Origin: Eledone cirrhosa
Taxonomy: Eukaryota
Assembly (NCBI GenBank): GCA_964016885.1
Contig: OZ024742.1
Span: 188,604,001 to 188,668,000 of the forward strand
Direction: 5' to 3'
Length of the DNA stretch: 64,000 bases
Shown: positions 56,791-64,000 of the stretch, in pieces
How the letters are laid out: each line of letters opens with the position of its first letter
Position numbering within the stretch: the first letter of the stretch is position 1
Notes under the pieces: generated by a model
What the model saw: the letters and a program-made list of their open reading frames with translations, nothing else
Database searches by the model: none
Told to the model about the DNA's origin: nothing
Translations under genes and position numbers: made by a program

Positions 56791-56797
<7 letters not shown>
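56281..56797 (+). mobile_element. Solo PLE pseudo-LTR of the 42503 family with the hammerhead segment deleted
   Basis: Colinear with 43990-44553 but lacks the TTGAAAA...GAAACCGGTA block; lies between (TA)n runs. Confidence 0.8.
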
Positions 56798-56877
<80 letters not shown>

Positions 56878-56891
56878 AGTCTTCAATTTTA

Positions 56892-56924
<33 letters not shown>

Positions 56925-56926
<2 letters not shown>

Positions 56927-57405
56927 TTCGTTTCTGAATTTGTTTAGCAAGATTCTTTATCTGATATCGTGTGTTGAAACCGATATTGTTATACTTTGGG
57001 AGGGTCATGTTGCCAATAAGAAACACACGCACCAGTTGCTTTCACTTCAATTTATTATATATATATAAACAAATAAATAAATGAACATAAACACACACAG
57101 ACACCCAGATGTGGCGCATGCGCAGACTGAGCACACAACACACACACAGAAACAAAATGGCGTAGGACAGAACAAAGGAGAGGCACAGAAACAAAGAAAG
57201 GAATCCCCAGTCACTGAATAGGTCACGGAGTGTGTGACGAAAGAACTATGACTATATATAAACAACTATCTGGTTGTGGAACCAACCAACCAACCAGAAA
57301 TTTATAAATTTATAAATTTATAAATATATAATAAATTGAAGTGAAAGCGACTGGTGCGTGTGTTTCTTATTGGCAACATGACCCTCCCAAAGTATAACAA
57401 TATAT
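56925..57405. mobile_element. Fold-back element with a 260-bp unique centre
   Basis: Arms at about 56983-57058 and 57328-57402 match the 53981 family. Confidence 0.7.
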
Positions 57406-57409
57406 ATAT

Positions 57410-57911
57410 ATTGGTAAACGGAAAAGAAAATACTGACAAATTGCTCACAGTGAAAAATAGTTTAATTATGAATAAGTGAAAATTAGTAATAGTTAGTATT
57501 CAGTTTTGGTTTTAAGTTTTACCGGTTGCGCATTTCTAATGCTTTTCAAAAATAATTTTGAGCTAGAGCGTCCGTGATGTTTGCTCTAATCTGATTAGTT
57601 TTGGAAATTCTACCTGTTTTTATGTGAAAAAAAAGTGGCTCCAGATGTATTAAAATAAGTTTCGCGCCAATTCGTGTTGCAAAAGTCTTGTGGTCAAAAC
57701 AATTTTGATTGGTCGGTAAAGGTCATGTGAATGTTAAAAATTGATTTTGCTCCAAATGTAGGTTTGTGTCGGGTGATTGAGAAGTCACTGAAAAATAAGT
57801 CTTTCAAAACAAATATGTGTCTGTGTGTGTGTGTAGTAGTAGTAAAGAGATTCGTTGTTGTGATAATGGTCAGCAGGGATGTGTGTGCGAAACGCAGCCT
57901 GTTGACATTTC

Positions 57912-57943
<32 letters not shown>

Positions 57944-58050
57944 AGCAGAGTAATTCGTGGTAGAGGGATGGTCAGTAGGAATGTATCTGTAAATGTGTGG
58001 GGGATATTTTAACATGTTAAAATATATTTTTCAGCTCTTGTCTTATACGG
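57410..58050 (-). mobile_element. PLE 3' end: pseudo-LTR, 3' UTR and possibly the last codons of the endonuclease
   Basis: Hammerhead-like motif at 57517-57552; TTCGCGCCA motifs as in the 42503 family; ..ELKNIF* resembles ..PALNIF*. Confidence 0.55.
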
Positions 58051-59990
58051 AGAAGTGTGTGTATGTGTGTGTGTGTGTGTGTATATGTCGCTTTGTATGT
58101 TAATGTACGCGTGTGTATGTGTGTGTGTATATATGTGTGTATATATGTTTGTGTGTGTGTGAGAATGTGTGTATGTGTGTGTGGGTGGACCAGTATTTTT
58201 GTGATACTGGTAAAATGGTGTACATTATTCGATATTTTCAGTAAAAACGATTCTCTCAATAGAACATCAAAAACCTTAATAATAAAAGGTGTGAAATGAT
58301 ATATAGTATTGGCATAATACCAAGGTGTGTGTGAGTGTCCAGATTGTACGTACTGCAAGGGGAATCCATTAGGCCGTGCCGTATTGGAATACTTGTGTAC
58401 AAATATGTATGTGCCCATCAGTGTGTAATGCATGTGTGCGTTTATGTATGTGTGTGTGTCGGCACGTTTATATCTATAGACATCAAAAGGTATGCAAATT
58501 TGTGTATATTTGTGTTGCACCATAGAGCATGTGTGTTTACGTATGTCATTGTGTTTATATGTGGATAGAGATGTATGCTGATGTAGGTATGTATGTTGAC
58601 GTGTGTATGTTTTGGGTTCGTCTTAGGGAGAAGTGTTTTGACGGGGTCCGTATTTGTTAATAAAGTATATATTATATACAATATTGTTAATATTGTATAT
58701 ATATATATGCATGTATGTAATTTTCATAACTTTCAGCCAGTACTGGCTCAAAACTATGTGTTTATATATTCAGTGACGTTATTTATTGAGGCATCTAATT
58801 CTCAATAATGATTATATCGTATTTTGTAATTTACAACTCAAGCAATATTATGCTTATTATTAAATAGTCACTTGCATTCATCAAGCACACTTACCTTTCG
58901 AAAACTTTGCCGTCTGTTAGGTATTTACTTATTTAACTTTAATCCCTATCATATTGTTTGAAATTTAAAAGGAACTGAAATTTAGAGCTTTCACACATGC
59001 ATGTTTAGGTGGCCTTCTATGAGGTATTTCATTGGAGCTTTCTAGGAATAATAATAAATGGGTCAGTTTATCCTGGAAAGCAGAGTGGAATGACGCATCT
59101 ATTTCCAGCATACAACGTACCGCACCCTCCAGGAACTCAACCCGCGACGTTTTGATCGTTAGCCCAACACCACAACCACAAGACAACATATTTTTATACA
59201 ATCGTTTATCAATGTATCTATGAATTTGAGACGGAAGAATAGCAGTCTACCAGCAAGACTGATAAAAAATACAAACGAACATTAAAATAAGAAGAAGAAT
59301 CTTATGTTGATTTAAAGAGAAAGGTAAACATTTTCATTTGTCTATGAATGATGAGATGATGGTGTCAAGGGAAGGATTAATAAAAGAAATATTCTTCAAG
59401 ACATGTCAAAAATCTTTGTTGTTTCATAAAAAATAACCAAACTGCATGCACGTTTTCCTTTGCTTTACTTTTAATTATGTCTATATTCTCTTTCTTTCAA
59501 TGCGGCAAATTGTTTTTTGAATTTTGGATAGAATAATTTGAGTTATTCGTTCAGGTTTCCTACGCACTGAATGTAAAACCCACCATCATCAACCATGTCA
59601 TTCATCGTTCCCCCGTCAATAAACAGACCCGCCAACCTCTAAAACCCCAAACGGGAGTACTATGTAAAAAGATGCCTCAAAACAGGGAGAAATAAGGCTA
59701 TATGAGGAGATTTTACATAATGAGGGCTATACCCATTTTCATAAGAGAAGACATCTCTCACCCACCCCAAAGTGAGTGGAAGATCTCCCCATCGGACGGG
59801 AATAGTTGACAGGTCTGTCAATAAATATAGTATTAATTTAATATCGGGGTTGGTCTTCATTTATGAATTCTTTCTCAGTTCTCTTTTGATTTTTTCTCTC
59901 TATTTCTATTATTCTGGTTGTGTTACGACCGGGTGAGGGATTGCCACCACTACGTATAAATGCCCAAGATAAGCCGGATATAATATAAAG

Positions 59991-60279
59991 TAGTCATAGG
60001 CAACCTGCGGCCCGCGAAGCTTTCTGAATGGCTCTCCTAAGTCACCTAAGTGACATTTTTCTGATTTTTTACCCCAAATTTTCAGTCGTAGTTTATCTTT
60101 CTATCATTTTTACGATCGAGGAAAACAACGTGTACGAATTCTGGAGATACAAATCAAAACAACCTAAGTTACCGCCTTATTTTTAATGTGGGCACGAATG
60201 TACATTAGCGCTTGCGGCCCGTCTGATGATGAGCCATATCTCATGTAGCCCGCTTTTCGAAAAAGGCTGCCAATGCCTG
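59991..60279. mobile_element. hAT-superfamily MITE
   Basis: Imperfect TIRs TAGTCATAGGCAACCT and AGGCTGCCAATGCCTG, subterminal GCGGCCCG motifs, 8-bp TSD ATATAAAG at 59983-59990 and 60280-60287. Confidence 0.8.
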
Positions 60280-60921
60280 ATATAAAGCCTCAAACAACCC
60301 GTATATAACTCTATCGGGAGTTACCTGTTCATAGCATGGTATCCCCTGTCTCTTGTTAAATCGTTGTGTTTGTGTATGCATTTCTGTGTGTGTGTTTGCG
60401 AATAAGGATGGAATTTTCTATTGTCTCGCGTCACATTCATCATGATAATTTCATCACCACAATCAAGATAATGTCCACCACTACCACAACCGCCACCGCC
60501 ACCACTGCTTACACCAACGGCTTTAGGCTCGTCATCACCAATATTATCCCAGTTATCACAATTATCACAATCATCCATCGTCGCCGCCGTCACCACCACC
60601 AACATCAGCACCACCATTATGACCAACATAAAACACAATGTAGTTATACTGTTCAACAACAAGTAGTTAGGTTAACTTATAATCAATCGATAAAAGATTC
60701 ACTTCCTGCACTTTGCTACATATAGAAATTTCTTCTGTAGACAAACATAGCACAAACATAGAGTTAAACAAGATTGACTACACATACGTACACCTGTACA
60801 GTCGTACACACATACACACATGCAAACATGCATACGTATATTCATGTACATATACATACATTTGCATACAGGCAAAACCTCATACGCTGACCTGCAAGCA
60901 AGCTCACGCTTGCCTACAAGT

Positions 60922-60954
<33 letters not shown>

Positions 60955-61003
60955 ATATACATACAGACAAGCTATCATGTATATCAATCTCTCCCTCTTA
61001 CTC

Positions 61004-61044
<41 letters not shown>

Positions 61045-61209
61045 TCATATATGTATATGTGTGTATGCGTGTATATATAATATACGTAAATATACATATA
61101 TATATAAATATATTTATATATATATATATATACATATATTTATTAATATAACAGATTAAAGTTTAAGCAAAGAATCGCTTTGGATTTTAGTCTTCAAATT
61201 TATTATTAT

Positions 61210-61289
<80 letters not shown>

Positions 61290-61950
61290 AACCACCCCAC
61301 TATTAATTTTCTTTAAGTTGCTGAGTTCGTTGGGTCCATATTTAATAATCGATCGGAAATTATAATATATATATTTTTTTCAGCTTCGGCAAACAAGGAA
61401 AAGCAATTTGAGCAATTCTGTTTAAAGATATTATTTTTCTTATCCTTAATTTTTTTACTTTGGGTTTTCTTTCTAAATGATGAAATTTCTTAGGTTTGTA
61501 TTATTAATATTTTACGTGGAAATGGGTAGGATCCTACAAAATGTAATAAAGAAATTAAGTGAATACATATAGGTGTTATATAGAACGTGTTAAATCAAAT
61601 GTATAGGTGGTGAGGGTGAGTGAAATAAAATGCCAATTGAAAGCCTGTACCGAATGATACTGAAATATAAAGTTAGTAAATGAGAGAAGTGAAAAATTTA
61701 AACTGATTATTATGGCGTTCTGGTTATCACGACATTACCATTCCTTAACATTAACGAAAAAAACCCAACGTTATTGCGTTAGTCTTAGACATATAACTAC
61801 GAAGGCGTGGGGTGACGAGGAAATTAATTTAAAAAAGAAATAATAAACGCAGTACATAATTAAATTTCAAATTATTAAATCAAACATACTCCCTCCTTCT
61901 ATTTACTACTACTACTACCAAAGCCACCACAACGACTACAACAACAACAG

Positions 61951-62020
<70 letters not shown>

Positions 62021-62239
62021 CACCACTAGTGTTGCTGATAATACTACTGCTGCTATTGCTCCTTTTGCTAATAAGGGTATTAGTATTATTAGTAGTAGTC
62101 ACATTACTGTTGCTGCTGTTACTACTACTACCAATCATATTACTGATGCTGCTGATGATGATGATTACAATAATGTACTCACTGCTGCTGCTACTACTAC
62201 TGCTGCTTTTGATGGTGGTGTCGACGATGACAATAATAA

Positions 62240-62415
62240 TTGTTTCTACATTTGGCATAAGGCTAACAGTTTAGAAGGGTAGGGAAAAGTCGATTAAATC
62301 CACCCCGCTGCTTTATCGGTACTTTATTTTAACGACCTCGTAAGGATAAAAGGTAAACATGACCTTGGAGGGATTTGAACTCAGACCGTGTAGCATGGTG
62401 TCCGACGCTCTACTG
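62240..62415 (-). mobile_element. Older Meta-domain SINE copy
   Basis: Diverged core and tail; 3' end lies in AATAATAAT. Confidence 0.75.
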
Positions 62416-62555
62416 CACAAGTGAGGTGAGAGTCAATTATGTCGACATCGGCACGGCTGTTATTCTATTTCCTTGACCCCGGAGAGTGAAATCAGAGTTG
62501 CCAATCATAGCATATACCTGGTCCACATCGGTGATACCATTCAAAATTCACTTAC

Positions 62556-62813
62556 GATGGGTGTTTTCAGCAGATGGACTTTCTAACAGGTGAGATGTGT
62601 CCCCTTCCCGAGAAATACATGTATCAACATGGCTAGTGTTTCCATGGACAAGACACGGCGACCAGGTGTAATATGTTAAAGATTTGGAGCATAGGAGTTT
62701 GGGACATAGGATTATATCATATGGCCACACGTAAAGAAACCGGACTTTCTGTCTTTCTTTATATCTTATTTTTCTCCATTTACGATGGGATATAGCAGCG
62801 GGATATCTTTTAC
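62556..62813 (-). CDS. Candidate host coding exon, 258 nt, phase 1-1, product unknown
   Basis: TTTTCAG| acceptor and |GTAAGT donor; only one frame is open (GKRYPAAISHRKW...YTWSPCLV...AENTH); non-repetitive sequence. Confidence 0.35.
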
Positions 62814-63384
62814 CTGAAAACCTAATTTCTCTTCTTTGATTTGCCCCTAACTCTGTGTTCCTCATCTGACCTTACTTCGCTGGAAATTTTACAGCGATTC
62901 TAAGCACTAACAGCAGTAACATTGTTTTTGAATGTGTCCAGTGTATTCCATTGATCCATTGCGACACGAGCTTATAGAAAATCGTGTGGTTAACCTATTG
63001 GGCCTGATTTCTTATTTCTCCTTAACGAGCGTACACGTGTGATCATATTCTCCACGCTGGTTACAACGAATTGAACATTTAGTACTAATAAAGTTGTATA
63101 CATTTGACTAAAGCATAGCACAATAACATCTTATGGTAACACCCAGAGCTGGTTAACTGAAGGCTATCGATGTATTGACTGGGTCGTTAATGTATAATTT
63201 ATGTTGGATCATTTCGCCCCGAATTCGAATCCTGTTGATAAATATATTGGTGATCTTACAGAAGTCTAAAATAATCGGATGTCGTGCTCTGTGGTATCTG
63301 TTTTGGGTATGTGCGTTCTGAGTTTAAATCCCGTCTAACGTTATCGGGAAAATGAAAAAGGTTCTGCCAAGTGTTGATCCTATC

Positions 63385-63885
63385 AGCAATAAGGATACCA
63401 GTTTCTTTTCTACGGTTTGAAGATCGACTCTTTCAATTCGGTAATCGTGTCAATCCTTACCTATGGTAATGAATCTTGGGCTATGGCGGAAAGAATGCGA
63501 TCGCGAATACAGCCGGTCGAAATGGGATTCCTCCGAAGGGTCTTTGGAGTAACGTTATTCGATAGAGTGCGTAGCTTGGAGATCAGAGATCAGAGATCAG
63601 AGATCAGAGTAACGGTAGTGCCGTTACTTGTCCGAATTGAAAGATCACTGTTACTATACAATGGGCATGTGGTTAGTATCGCTGGACAGATTTTACGGGC
63701 AAATCAAACCAGCAAGAGACCCGGAGATAGACCCTGCGCAAGATGGTTGAATAACATTCATGAGTTTGGGTGGTCTGGCTTTGTGATCCAGCCGGATCTG
63801 TTGAAAACGGATGCCACATACGGAACCCGCTGGAAGGAATATTTGATGTCTCTGCTCCCTCGATCACCCACTCAAGAATAAGTGG
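63385..63885 (+). mobile_element. Decayed RTE-clade LINE 3' fragment
   Basis: LTYGNESW...EMGFLRRVFGVTLFDRVRS..IR...GHVV...KRP..RP..RW, typical of the RTE C-terminus. Confidence 0.8.
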
Positions 63886-64000
63886 GAGAAGAAGAAAAGG
63901 AGACAAACTTCCATATTTTCCTATAACAAACAATAATGCTAAAACACGTCATGTTTGTAATATTTGACAAGGCTGTTGTATCTAGTTGACACCTAGTTAG

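Overview
AT-rich, microsatellite-dense eukaryotic DNA. The SINE types and repeat landscape suggest an octopod cephalopod, which is an inference. Almost all short ORFs in the track (IYIY, THTH, SLSL, LLLL) are translated microsatellites. The real coding content is retroelement-derived: a full-length, apparently intact L1/Tx1-clade LINE (ORF1 17697-19793, ORF2 19829-23248), a full-length but inactivated R4/Dong-type RLE LINE lying head-to-head with it in the same (TAA/ATT)n tract, truncated copies of both types, an RTE fragment and a Penelope-like (PLE) GIY-YIG endonuclease fragment. Non-coding elements include about 12 copies of a tRNA-derived Meta-domain SINE, a CORE-SINE, two Helitron-like elements and a hAT MITE. 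Three signals are not explained by this routine annotation. (1) A swarm of short fold-back PLE termini sits inside (TA)n tracts and carries many hammerhead ribozymes, including U3-A8 covariant cores and one with a long stem II; several fold-backs break inside hammerhead stem II. (2) The SINE shares its 3' tail and its ATT(A) target with the Tx1 LINE, a candidate new SINE/LINE partnership. (3) A conserved splice donor over the Tx1 ORF1 stop codon could fuse ORF1 to ORF2 in frame. Two weak candidate host exons lie on the minus strand. All structures were read by eye; no database search was run.
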